A DNA stretch of 64,000 bases from Klebsormidium nitens. Taxonomy: Eukaryota; Plantae; Klebsormidiophyceae. The stretch is taken from assembly GCA_000708835.1 (NCBI GenBank), contig DF237004.1, forward strand, positions 69,480-133,479. The letters are read 5' to 3'. Below, piece after piece: positions 1 through 12,739 of the stretch. Within the stretch, counting starts at the first letter, position 1; each line of letters starts with the position of its first letter. Both the position numbers and the translations under genes were made by a program. The notes below the pieces were generated by a model, which saw nothing but the letters and a program-made list of their open reading frames with translations, did not search any database and was not told where the DNA came from.

Positions 1-3000
1 AGCATGGTCTTGCCAGTGCCGGGGGGGCCGAAGAGCAGCACGCCCTTGGCCGGCTGCGCGATTGAGAGAAAATGCTTGAGCGAACTTGCCACGCGGGAGC
101 TTTAGGAACAAGAAAGAGACCTGAAAACAGCGGACTGTGAGCGGACGAGCTTTGGGCGCAATCGGCTCAACACTTTGTCACTGATCACTTTTCTCGAAAC
201 CCGAAAGAAGGAGATTGACCTCTCTCTCCCAGCACTTCGCCAGCAGGCAACAAGTTCGCTGAATATTGTTCAGATATTCAGTTGCCCCTTAATATGGTTC
301 TCCAACCTTTCAGCAGCGGAACAGCGCGCCCTCTTTCCGTAAGTCCAACTTACGACGAATATTACACATCCAAACATTATGGGATTTCCTCAAAAAAGCA
401 ACTTCGAGAGATGAGATAGACTGCACCAGTAAAACCGCACATTGATGAGCTGCCCCGTTTTTAAACAGCTTCGGCCGCTGCAGCGGCAGTATGACGAGCT
501 CTTGACGAGCTCAAACCCTAGATGTGCAACCCTAACCAGGGATGCTAACCCGAAAAGCCCAAAACGTAAAACGGTACCTTGGTGAGCTGTCCCTTTTTGA
601 ACAGCTCCGGCCGCTGCAGCGGCAGCATGACCAGCTCGCGCAGCGTGTCCTTGACGGGGTCCAGCGCGCCGATGTCGTCGAACTTGACGCCCACCTCGCT
701 GGGGGGGATCACCTCGGCCATCAGCGCCTTCTCGTACTCGTTGTCCAGCGGAACGTCCTGTGAGTGTAAATGCGCCCAGAGTTTAGTCCGTTCTTTGACC
801 AGTTTTGTACGAGTGTCTAACATACAAAAAGTCGGCGCCTTCTCGTACTCAATGTCCAGTGGAATGTCCTGCAATTGTGAATGTGCCCTGTGCAGGGCTG
901 TTTCCTGACGTGTTGACAATGTACGATTGACTTTTATGATCTGCATATCTTGAGCTTTATGAGAAGCCGTCAGTGGCTTCTTGTATCCATTGTCCAGCGG
1001 GCACGTCCTGTGGGTGTGAATGCGCCCTGGGTATGGAAAGCGGGCAATCAGGGTGAAAGAGCTCAAGAGAAGATGCGCTCGTTTGCAGTGAAGAAGCCAA
1101 GTTTCACCTTATGTAGATCGTTTCACGAAATAGATAATTCATCGTATAGTAATGTTTCGTTTGTCTCGAATGAACCTGTAATTTTTCTCCAAACTGGAAG
1201 TTTCTCCAACCTCAGAAAACTACAACTCAATTGATGTAACAACAAGCAATCAGGAAGAGAAGAGAAGAGAGGATATATGCGAATGCGCCCTCGAGTTTAG
1301 CTGAACGAAAATAGATCTTTGAAGGCCAAGTCGCAGGACAGTCGGCCATGTCAGGAACACCAAAAAGGAGCAGACTCGCCCAAAGCAAGACAACAACCAA
1401 TTGCGAAAACCAAAAGCCGAGACAAATAAAACAACGTTCTCCGCAAGCTCGTTCTCCTTTTCATCCTCTACCATGTCCAACACACTGAGCACAAACTCTG
1501 AAATCGCTTGATCTCTCAGGTCACCGCTTGAGCCCAAAGCAGAAAGGAAAGTACTTTCAAAAGTCAACATAAAGAATCCTACCGTAACATTCTCCGCGAG
1601 CTCGTCCTCCTTCTTCTTCTCCACCATATCCAGCACGCTCAGCGCGTACTCCATGCTTGCGAGCGCGTTACCAGCTTATCCACGACAATATCCTCATACT
1701 GACCAAGAACTTGACCCAAAACCTGGCTAGTGAAAATCCAAACCTCACCGCAACGTTCTCCGCCAGCTCGTCCTCCTTCTTCTTTTCCACCATATCCAGC
1801 ACGCTCAGCGCGTACTCCATGCTCGCGAGCGGGATGACCAGCTTCTCGTCAGCCACGACGGGCTGCGCCGCCAGGTCTGACGTCAGCACGTGCGCGGCCG
1901 CCCAGGCGACCACCCGCTGCGCCTGCTCCGGGGTGAGGATCCTCTGCGAGTAGGTCAGGCGGTCGGTGGCGTCGGGGCAGCGCAGGCGGCTCGTTGCGAG
2001 GACCTGCAGAGGACGGCGAGGTGAAGGTCAGGTTTTAAGGGCTGGTCGGCTGAACGCAAGGTCTGAAGAGACGGAGAGGTTAAGGGCTGGGTTATGGGCT
2101 TGGAGGAGAGGTGTGGCAGAGAGGTGCTTCCAAGCGGTCGAGAACAGTGATCAAACGTTGAGTTAACGCAAGCGACTCAATGTGAGAACGACCCAAAAGC
2201 CGGGCAATGCAGGCTAGCGTTTTGGTCCAACAGAGCATGCAGTGCCGAAGTGGTTCAAACCTGAAACAATCTCTTGGGAGTGGCTGCTTCTCTGCTACGG
2301 CATCCATTCAGGGGCCGCCCCTTGCATAAATGCTAAGTTTTTGCGCCATTGGTTGCGAAGGCACGAAACAGCAGGAGCGCGGAAAAAAGCAGACAACTCT
2401 AACGAAAGAGAAGGTCCGTCAAACCACAGAATGCACGTACCTTGTTCAGTTGGTGCACGTTCGCCTCCGCCGCCATGGCCCGCTTGTCCGCCTCCATTTG
2501 GCGCTTCCACTCGCCCAGCAGCGCCGCATCTTCCGGCACCTTGAGCGCCACGTGGCACGGGAACAGCTGCAGCAGGTACGGCGGCACGCGCGGCTCCTTC
2601 TCGCCGCCGCCGCCGTCTCGCTTGCCCATCAATGACTCCTGCGATCAAGTTTCAAGATCTTAGATTCTGTGAATTTTCTAGGTGACTTCAACTCGGCCTC
2701 TGCTTTTCGAGCTCTTCGTTTCCTCCGATTGAAATGGCCTCGGCCAGGTACGGTGGCACGCGCACTTCTTTCTACTCGCCGCCAGTGCCTTCCCGTCTGC
2801 CCATCAATGACTCCTGCAATTTAGATGTCCGGGTTTTAGGAATTTTGTGGTTCCTGGATCTCATTTTTTCATTGGACTCGGCCACTGCTTTTCGAGCTTT
2901 TCGTTTCCTTCCAAAGGAATGGCGTCAGCAGGTACGGCGGCACGCACAATTCTCTCTACACGCCGTCGACGCCTTCCTGCCTGCCCATCAACGACTCCTG

Positions 3001-6000
3001 CAGCCGGAGTATCTTTCCTTTTGACTCGGCTGGTTCGCAAGCGCTTCGTTTTCACTAAAGTTCTAGGGACTCAGAATTGAAAAAGGGTTGAGCAGGTAGC
3101 GCGGCTCCTTCTTGCCGCCCCCATCTTTCCAACCTCTCAACATCATGACCTCCAACAATAACGCCCTGGAACGGCCTTTCGGCGGCGCTTCGGTCATCCA
3201 GAATGCCGACAAAAGCTCTTCGAACCTCTTCAAACCCAAACAACCCAAACCTTCAAAGTCTGAAGATAACCAGAAACCTCCGACTCTCACCAGCATGACC
3301 TTCATTTGCGGTGTTCTTTCCGCCTGGTTTGCTGCACTCCCGCACCGCTCTTTGGGTCGCTCAAATTGAGAACAACGAGTTTTCTCACCCTTCCAACTAA
3401 TCCAAACGCCTGGAATGAGGCTCTTCTTTACCCTCGACCCCTAGGAACTCACGAACTAAAATTTCACCAGCATTCGCTGGTTGCTCTTCTCCTTCTGCTT
3501 CAGCAAGAGTGGCGCATACGGCATCGCAACGATTGCGTGCTCGTTTCTCCGCAGAATTCCGAAGCCTCGGTCACGTTATCGGAGTAAGAAAAGCTGAAAC
3601 TCTCACCAGCATGACGTCCATTTGTGGCATCCTCTGCCCGTACTTCCGCAGCGGTCCGCGTCGTCCAAAACGAGAACAACGGCTCTTCTTACCGGGCCGC
3701 TTCAGACAACTTCTTCAGATATCTTCTATTCTTTCAAACCTGAAGTTCAGAGACACTAAATCCTCACCAGCATGACGTCCATTTGCGGCATCCGCTGGTC
3801 GGTCTTCTCCTTTTTCTCCGGAACTGGCGGTGCGTACGACCCCACGACGATCGCGTTCCCGTCCAAGCTCTCCAGCTTGGCGAATAGCGAGTCGAAGCGG
3901 TCGGAGCGGTCTTCCGAGGGAATGTCCGAGAACCACCCGGGCAGGCCGCGGATGAAGAGCACGAAGGGGCCCTTGGCGGCCTCACTACTCACCACCTGGA
4001 GAAGGAACCGGTGAGCTTAAAACAATCGCTGGTTCGTTTGTTGCGCTTTGCTAGTTATTTGTCCAGTAGCGTGCGAGCACGGAACAAAGGTTGGAAATTG
4101 GGGCGGTCCTCCGAGGGAATGTCGGGGAACCAACCGGGCAGGCCGCGGATGAAAAGGGCGAAGGGGCCCTTGGCGGCCTCAGAACTGACCACCTGGTAGG
4201 GGTAAAAGTTAGCGTTATGATGAGGTACTGAGCTCAAAGGATTTGGCCGTTTGCTTATGGCATTTTGTTCGTTTGAATTGGGTGGTTCAGAAGCACCGAA
4301 AGACTCGGAGCTGTCCTCCGAGGAAACGTCCGAGAAACAACCGGCCAGGCCGTGTATGAGAAGAACAAAGGGGCGTTTGGCGGCCTCAGAAGTGACCACC
4401 TCATGTCGAAGAATTCACGGGTTGATCAGTGATCTGGTTCCAATGGCAGGTTCAGACTTGGAATTGTGCATCCACGATTCTTGCATCCGTCCGCTAGGAA
4501 TTTCGCGCACAAAGAAAAGAGAAGAACTTGCCGTGCTTGGATGGAGCAACTGTACGGGGCCAGGTTACCTATCTCTCATCCAATTATAGCTTTGGAATCG
4601 TTCATACCTTTGGTTAGACGTTTTACCAACCGATCTCTCAAGACTTTGCTGCAAGCAAAGCACTCAGCACCAGGATAAATGGACGATCGAGGATAGCTTT
4701 CTCACACATCAGAAAAATGCTATGACCATGGGATCGGTCTGATAAATAGGAGGGATTTGTTGCTGTCGGTCACGGAGTCCAGAAGCGTCAGGTGTATTTG
4801 CAATGAAAAGCAAGGGTTACAAAGATCTAAAGCATACCTGAAACAGGGCTTCCAAGGTCATCCGGGTGAAGTCCTCATGGGGAGAGATGACCTCCAAGTC
4901 TTTGGCTGCAAACCAAGGTTGATTGTCAGCTACTGGCATCAAGCTTCTGTTGGTTAAGCAGAGGACCCTCGCCCTAACGGACTGGGTTCAGTGAAGTTAA
5001 GCGCATGCCACTTCGGCAAATCTGTGCAGCCGAGTTCGTTGAAAAGGCATATGGACAGTTCGACAACGGGATCCTGACCATTAATATGCGTATCCAAAAT
5101 AAGCCTACGGTCCGTTTCTCAAACCCACAGCTGCAAAATGAGACCTCTCTAGATTTGAGGTCTGTCTGGGAATGGCAGTCCAAAGTTTGCAGTAGTAAGA
5201 CGTCGTCTGGCTCGCGTTTCTTACTGCCCACTTGAGCCACAATTCACCGCCATAGACTTGAATATCCAGAAGTAATAAATCCACCTTTGTAGTAGATGAA
5301 CTCCGGCTCGCGCTTCTCTAACCACTCGCCCCTCATATCTCTTCATGTCACGAAACATAAGGAAGCAAATCACCTGATCCAAAAGCTCGATATTTAGACC
5401 GTTTGAACAATCAGGCCCACCTTTGCAGTAGAAGACATCGTCCGGCTCGCGCTTCTTGCCGATCACGGCCGGCCAGCAGCTCTCGCCAAAGACGACCCCC
5501 ACCTCGCTCCCCGTCAGCTCCGTAACGCGACCAATGGAGTGCTGGCGCGGCTGCTTGCTGGTTGCAAGCTCGTCCCACATTCTAGAGTCCGATTCCGAGT
5601 TGCCTGCGAGAGGAATACTTACGGGCTTTTTGAAGTCTTATTCAGCAGATCAAGAAGTGGGCAAGCTGTGCGTCACTGTGTCGAAACAAAGCTCTAGAGT
5701 AGCCTCAAAGACTTCAGCAGGTTGGAACCCTTTCAAAAACATCGGGATGCACCGAATTCTGGGCATCCTTGCGGGGACAGCTCCGAGCAAGCAGCTGCAG
5801 GTCTTCGAGAAGCGCCGTTCTATGATATCAGTAGTTCCGACAAGAGCGATATCTCTCTTTGAGACATCACCAAATGAAGGATCACTCTGAAGAAATCTTC
5901 CGCGCTCACCCTTGTACTTGACTCTGTCCCCCAGCATCACTGGCAGATCCACTTCTTTCGGGGTGGTCGACAGCTCCGCGTCAGAGTCCCCCCCCTTGCC

Positions 6001-9000
6001 CTCCGTGGCCAACAGCTGCGCCAGGCTGGGGGGCCTTCCAAACTTCCCATTCATCTCAACGACAGGCTGCAAAAGCTGCGCAGACAAGAATGTTTCGGTG
6101 TCAATCGTTTCACGTGCAAGCGGAGCCGTAACGCTTGACACCGGGAACTCGCTTGCCGTTCATCTTCACCACGAGCTGCAAAAGCTGCTCAGGAAACATG
6201 TATTGGTGTCAACCGTCTGAAGCTCTAGTGAAGCCGTAACGCTTGACACCGGGGACTCAACGTTGTGAGCAACGCTGGTGCTTCGAGGCTTCCCGTGCAT
6301 CTCCACCAATGCTTAGGGTCTAAGCGCATCACAATTGAATCAGCCCACGAACTGATTAGAATACGGGTATTATTGGCAACATCCGGAGGACCTGTGGACC
6401 CAAGCGAAGGGTTTCATTCCAAGGGGGGATTGCCTCACCTGCTTGATCATGTCCGGTCCAGCTCCGTTCATGGAGATGACGACAGGGCGTTCTGAGCCCG
6501 ACGAATCGGCGCCCTCTCCCTCCGACCCCGCGCTAAAGTACCGCAGATGATCGTACAACCCAAACTTCTCCTGCACAGTGAAGTCAGGCCCCCCCTGACG
6601 TCAGCCAGACGTGCGCGGGGCCCATACCGAGAGAGGACTTTGGCGAACGGTCGAAATGCTTCTGAGGGACTCGATGATGATAGGACAAAGATCTCTGTAG
6701 TATCGGAGGAGAGAAAAAGAGATTTTCGTGCCCTCTCTAGTCCGGGCGGAGATGGCTATCTAATGCAGAGCGAAGCGTGACCACAGAAAGCTTGCGGCAC
6801 TCCCAAGGCTGGACAAACGTGTGAAAACCAGAACCTGTTTTACATGCCAAGCATGCAGTTGAGCGGGAGAGGACTAAGTCCGTCGAAACTTCTATGACAA
6901 GACCGACGCCTTGAAAGAATTCCGATACGTTCTGCTGCGAGTCAGCCGTATCGAACCTTGCGACTTCATAATAAACTTCTTAGAAGCCGCTTGTAACCTA
7001 TCAGAATTTTGCTTCCTCTGATTCGTGTGCCAACGACCTAATTTCTCAAAGGCAAACTCAAATCCCCATAAACGAGCTTGCACCCCTAGAAATCGAGATG
7101 CTCGCTGTCAGCGCACCTGCACTCTCCAGAGCTGTGCGTTGTCGAAACATAGAAAGCGCGCCCCACAGTCCCGCGCCATTGCCTTGGCTACCGCCTCCTG
7201 GTAACGCTCCGACCCTGCCGGATAATAGGGTTTCAGCTTCTTGGGTTTTGGAAATTCAAGGGTGTTAGGATTTCATAGCAGAATTTCACGCAAGCTCGCC
7301 TTCGAAATTTTCGCAGCACCAACGTACCAGTAACCTATAGTTCGACTCTGCAACGAACAGAAGCGACAAGCCCCGCTGACGTTTTGAAAGAATCGTGCAT
7401 CGTTTCGTGCCAAGCTTCGAGATAAATCACTCTGACCGATATTTGAAGGCTCGAGACCATTCTGGACGGTCTTTTCGTTGCGCCTCCACTTGTGGCGCAT
7501 TGGCTTTTTGCTTTTGGCACCGCAAGGCTGCGCCGCTCAACGCTCACGTGCATGCGATTCAAATCAAGAGGTGCACTCTACCACCTGTGGCGATTTCTGG
7601 TTCTCCACGAGATCGCAGAACACACAGGATCCTAGCGCACCAGCCCGGCAGTAAGCCTCACCAACGAACTTCTTAGCATTGCAAATGGACCACGCGTCGC
7701 TTACCTGGCGGCCCTGTGAGCAAGACACGTGGGCTCAGGCTGGGCAGTCCCTCCACGAAGTTGGCGTACTGGCCGCGCTTGAGGTGCAAAAACGCCGAGC
7801 TCACCAGGGCCCAGCGCGTACCCTCGCTGAAGGGAAGGTCAACAAAACGACCAAGTTCAAGTCGTGAATGAGCCGGTTAAGCTCTTGAACAACCGGGTTA
7901 AGTCCTTGAATAACCAGGTGAAGCTGGCGTACTGGCCGCGCTTGAGGTGCAGGAACGCTGAGCTCACCAGAGCCCACCTCACACACTTGCTGAAAACAAG
8001 TTAAGGAAGAAATCAACGGGTCAAGCTCGCAAATTGAACCACATTCAGCCGAAGATGCCCCTGGGAGAGCTTCTTGAAGGGTGCCCTAACAGCAGTCTGC
8101 TCTTCGACAGGCGCACAAATAATAAATAGGTTAGCCCGGTAGTCATGGTGGGTTGGATTAATAGGCGCGAAGACTCCGAGGACGGATTTGCTCGGGGTCT
8201 AAGAGTAGTTGGGCAGGTTCTGGAGTATTGCAAAGCGAATACGTGAATTCGGACATGAAGAACCCAGTCTGTGAACGTTTCTGCTTATCCGGAATCGAAA
8301 TCAGGGCAAGATACTGTACTTTGCGATAGTCTGCTTTGCTAGCGTCAAAAGTAGGTTTTGGCATATGCCTCCGGAATGGTACGAGCTCCAGAAGGAAGGC
8401 AGATTCTTTTGAGACACAGCCAACTGAAGCAAGCTTCTTATGTGTATACCAACTCACTCCAAGGGGTACGGCAGGCTCTCGAAGCTGACGTCAATGTCCC
8501 CCGGCGCAACCACCTCAGCCGTCAAATCCTCTGCATACGTCCGTACCCGTTCCTCCCACACGCCCCCCCACGCCTCAGCTAACTTCTCCGCGTCGATGAT
8601 GTCAGCGATTTCCTGCGCAGTGCTACGGCCAAAGTTGCCGAAGTTGCCCCCCCCGTTTTCATCCCCGCCGCCCGCCCAGAAATTTGCGTTCGCCTTTCGC
8701 TGCTTTATCCATTCGGGCTTTTCGTCTGCGGCCTTTGCGCGCCCCACTTTGCCCTTTCCCCCCCCGGCCATAACCCACCGGGCGCGTCCCGGCCTCGTTT
8801 TTAGTCTCGACCTTTCCTCAGCAAAAAATTCCGACTTTCTGCGGTCGACGCTAGGACCAAACGCGCGCGCCCCACGAGGACTCTCGGGGGCGGAAGAGCT
8901 TGCGGCGGCAGCGGTCTCGGCGTCGCCGCGCGCCGCACGCGCCGCGAGGAGCTGATCGCGCGTCCAGTCGCGCAGGCGGGCGCTCGTGCGCTCAAAGAAG

Positions 9001-12000
9001 CCGCCGACGGCGTCGCCTGCGGATGACAACCGGCTTCGACTGTGTTACAGAGTGCTAAACGCTAATCCCGCTTAAAGAGTCACTCAGGAAGTATCTCAGT
9101 AGACTTGTTCCAACTCGGCCAACCTGAGAATGACACCCTACGAGCCCCAGGGCTGAACCACTACGAACGTCATGATTGATGTACGAAGAAATGACGAACC
9201 AGAGGGCAGCCCCAGACGAAGTTGGACGGCTTTCTAAGAACAGCAAATAGTGGCGGCGGGGGAGGAAAAGGACGCTGTGCAGGCGGAAGCGACTCAACCA
9301 GAAGTTGTTTCCAAGTGCTTCTTTATTCAGAGCTCTTTGGACTTGAAGTGCTTCGAAGCACGGCGGCAAGTCCCAATTCTGACCTGGCAGAATATATTGT
9401 TAAAATCAATCTGACATAACAGAGACACTAAAACGGGGTTTGCCCGAGCGACGACGAAAAGGAGAATCAACCCACCTGTGTTTGACACAATGTTACGCTC
9501 GCGCACCATTGCGTCATACGCTCTCAGAGTACGCGCCAGCAGCCTCCCGTCCTTCATGCCCGGCTCCCAAACCTCCTGGATCAACTGCTCCCGTTGCTCC
9601 GCCGACAGCTCCGGCGTCGCCTTCTTCACAATTCGCCGCTGAACCGTCCCGATGCTGCGGGCCCTCACAATGCTCTCGCCCGTCTCGAGAACCAAATCGC
9701 CCGTGTCGTCTTCATACACCATGCTAGTTGCGGACCGCCCGTGCTCGTCGGACACCGTGTACTCCCCAACAACACGTCCGAAACCATCTCGCATCGACCC
9801 GGACCTCCTTTTGGACGCCCCAAACGGTCCAAAAAAGTTCGCTGACGGCTCAGCGTCCGATTCGGACACCCCGGAATTCGATTCCGACGGCCCAGAACTA
9901 GAGCCGGACGCTCTTCGTCGCGCTGGCCCCCAGGCCGGACCCCACGCCGCGGTGCCCCCTTCACCCCCCCCGTCTTCCTCGACCATATCGTGGTAAATAT
10001 CGAGCCGCTCCGAGATTTGGGAGCTCAGGCGCGAGTCCTGCGCATCGAGCTGCGCGATGAGAGACATGGCCCGCACGGGTTTCGCAATCCTGAATGTCTC
10101 CCCCGAGATCTCGACTTCCAACAAACCCTCATCTTGTTCCTCGTTGGGTTCCACCGTACGGGGCGAGCGGCCCAGCTTTTGCACGCCACCTTGCTGCAGG
10201 GAAAACGGAGCTCTCGAGGATTTCTGGAATGCGAAAGATGGGCTTCCGTCACGCACTTGATGGTGGCGGTGTGGTTGTCTCCCGAATCAGAGTGTCGAGA
10301 AAGGCAAACCAGAAGCGGTGGGAAAGTTTTTGACAGCCTCGCTGCTGAGGAATGAAGCAGGAACATTGATCAAAGTTTTAGGCTCTGCGGCAGAGCCGTC
10401 ATTCCCTTTCAATGCCAGGCGATTGTGACCCAATAAGTGATCCTCCCAGATGCAAAAGACGTCTTTTGTCCAAGGTAGGGATGAGCATGGGAATTAAAAA
10501 AAGAAGCGACAGGAACTTGTCTGGAAAAACTTGAGACTTAAGAGAAAAAAAATAATGGTAGTTACAGGGGATGGGGGAGTCAATCAGATGGTCTAAGAAG
10601 CGCTGCTGACCAGGGAGAACTACAGTGTAGCTATCTGTATAGAATTTCTGATAGGAAACTGTTGGTTTAGGGGCAAGCCTCCTGTGAGGCAGGGCCGTTG
10701 TGTTTCTAAGCTGCTGCACCAGATTGAAGATACATCCAGCACATACCTGCTGGGTGAGTCCCTGGGTGAGAAAGAATATGAAGGGCAGAAACTCTTTGTA
10801 AAGGAAGATGTATCCTTCCAAAGAATGCATGCATTATGTCAATGTTGATTTGCACAAAAAAATATCGTCAATGGACGCCTGAAATGACCATGCTTTTACA
10901 AAACCTGCCACGGCTGAATTCTGTGTGTTTCAATAAAACCAAACTATTTGGACCAGAAGAATTGCAGAAATCCAAAGAGTGTTGGCAAAAAGGTGCTGAT
11001 TCTTCACACCAATGCAAGCATCAACAAAGTTTGCAAGCTTCGCATGACGGCTTATTATAGACATTTTGACACGACCACCCAGACAATGTAGAACGCTTCA
11101 ATCAGAAACATCCTGAGCACCTAAACACTAAAGAAACTGGCCAAAGTTTGAGTTGACGAGTGTAAAGCAGGTACTTCTTGACCACCGAAAATCGCCCCAA
11201 GCAGGAACGGCTCAGACTGAAAGTAACCGCTGCTAAGATTGGTAGTCTGGAAGTGACAAGAACCCCAAAAGAATGGACTCACCAAGAAATCTAAGATACT
11301 TTCCCAGCGCGCCTTGAGTGCCCAACCAACGGCCGCCAGCACCGCAACCACCATCAGCCATGCCGCGGTGTGAACGGGCTCCCCCGAGGATGCTGGGGCC
11401 TGATCCGCTGCCAATGCTGGCGCGTTTCCAACCGTAAAGATCGCGCCGAGCAGAGAAGAAAGCGTGCGGGTGGACGGGCCTGAGGTGACGCTTTGCGAGA
11501 TGGAGGGAAGACTCGGTGGTTGTAAACTAAGGTCGGAGTCCTCAGAGGTGGCTTGGGGGACAACCCTCCGACGGAAGTGGCAGCTAAAGGTGTGGTTCGA
11601 TAGCTGGTTTGGATTCAGGTCTGAAGTTTGGTTGGCGTTGCGGCGGGCGCAAATGCTGCCAGCAAGAAAGGGTTTTGGGTGACCAAGGCAAGAACTATCA
11701 TTGTTATGGGAGAAAGAACTTATAGAATTCTGTGCTCTTCGCTTCCCTGAGCGCAAGGTTTGGCTCGAACCACCACCCCATAACCGACTTCTGAGGATGA
11801 CCTTGCTCATCGTGCTTCGCAACGCTGCGTCAAAGTGTTGGAGAGGATTGGTCCTGTGCTCAGAGCAAGGCGGGTCGAAATCAAGCGTGTCCTTCAGCAA
11901 TGGCCTTGCAGAGCAGGGGTGAGAGCTGGCAATACTGCTGCTACCAAACCTTGAAATGGTCTGGACCCCTGCATGAAGGCTGCCTGCTGTGACCTGCAGC

Positions 12001-12005
12001 GCCAT
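1..12005 (-). CDS. AAA+ ATPase of the plant At1g02890/At4g02480-like family (MSP1/spastin-related clade) with N-terminal transit-like peptide and TM segment; 3' end lies beyond the window
   Basis: Phase-consistent exons (minus): 12005-11283, 10761-10747 (uncertain micro-exon), 10193-9533, 9016-8458, 7826-7705, 7214-7117, 6570-6439, ~6066-5910, 5603-5374, 3995-3768, 2638-2441, 2003-1749, 757-578, 53-<1. Family motifs: FESLPYPLD-EGTRWALVSSAFLHLK, SLSPRVLLTGPPGSERYQEAVAKAMA, GDRVKYKG, PPYLLQLFPCHV, NEYEKALMAEVIPPSEVGVKFDDIGALDPVKDTLRELVMLPLQRPELF, Walker A GVLLFGPPGTGKTML at 1-53. Joining of the first exons is inferred from splice phase. Confidence 0.85.
300..8110 (-). repeat. Intronic degenerate copies (echoes) of AAA ATPase exon ends
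   Basis: Copies at ~466-510, 836-872, 985-1015 (exon 757-578); 1436-1500, 1583-1665 (exon 2003-1749); 2742-2820, 2925-3005, 3085-3130 (exon 2638-2441); 3283-3345, 3598-3670, 4095-4200, 4305-4405 (exon 3995-3768); 5195-5330 (exon 5603-5374); 7920-7975 (exon 7826-7705). All are in direct orientation. Confidence 0.85.
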
Positions 12006-12739
12006 CTCTGCCTGATGACGAGAGGAAGGAGGATATCAAAGTTCAAACCATCGTCATGCCGCAGTACACATGGTCATCATGGAAGGAAATCCAGTCTGCG
12101 GCGTGTGCGCTTATTGAATGTGCTCTCACGAATTTAAGCGCAGGCGCGGCAGGGTCTTGGGACAACGTTCGACACCGATCCATAATTTGTGCAGAAGCAG
12201 GCAGGAATACAGTTGTCGTCGAATCGAGGTAAGCAGAGCCAAACAGAGCGCAAGTGAATTGAGACTTCTGAAGAAGAAATGTATGCATCTGGATATTAGT
12301 TTTCCGCACATTTTCTGACCTTTCCCTATGCTTGAAGTTCAATGTCATGCAATGGGATTGAAACTTGCTTCCTCAACTTGCAAGACTTACAAGGGCAGAT
12401 AGGTAGCATTGGCAGCCGCAACAAGGGCTACCCTCCTGTTCAAAGTTTGATGAGCATGGCTGGCAGCATTGCCGAGTACCTGGGCTGCCCTCTCAAGTAA
12501 AGTCAGCATCTCCCGCTCGGCATCTCAGATGCAGGTTGCTGTGGGGTAATTTTGAAAGATCTTTGCGCAGCTTTCCAGTCTCTCACAACCTACTTCTAAG
12601 TATTCTAGAGCTAATTGCAACAGCTTCTCTTGCACACTCCAAAAGTTTCTTTTCACGAGTAGCTTCAATCTGCGGTGGTGCTCACACCCTTCAGAGTTGC
12701 ACAGTACGGCTGAATTTGAGTCCAACTTCCACGCAAAGA

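Noticed and set aside
10399-10830. 143-aa minus-strand ORF and similar short ORFs in introns and intergenic DNA (e.g. 21191-21835, 27146-27919)
   Set aside because: They lack coding-like codon bias and recognisable domains, and fall within introns or UTR/promoter regions of the assembled genes.
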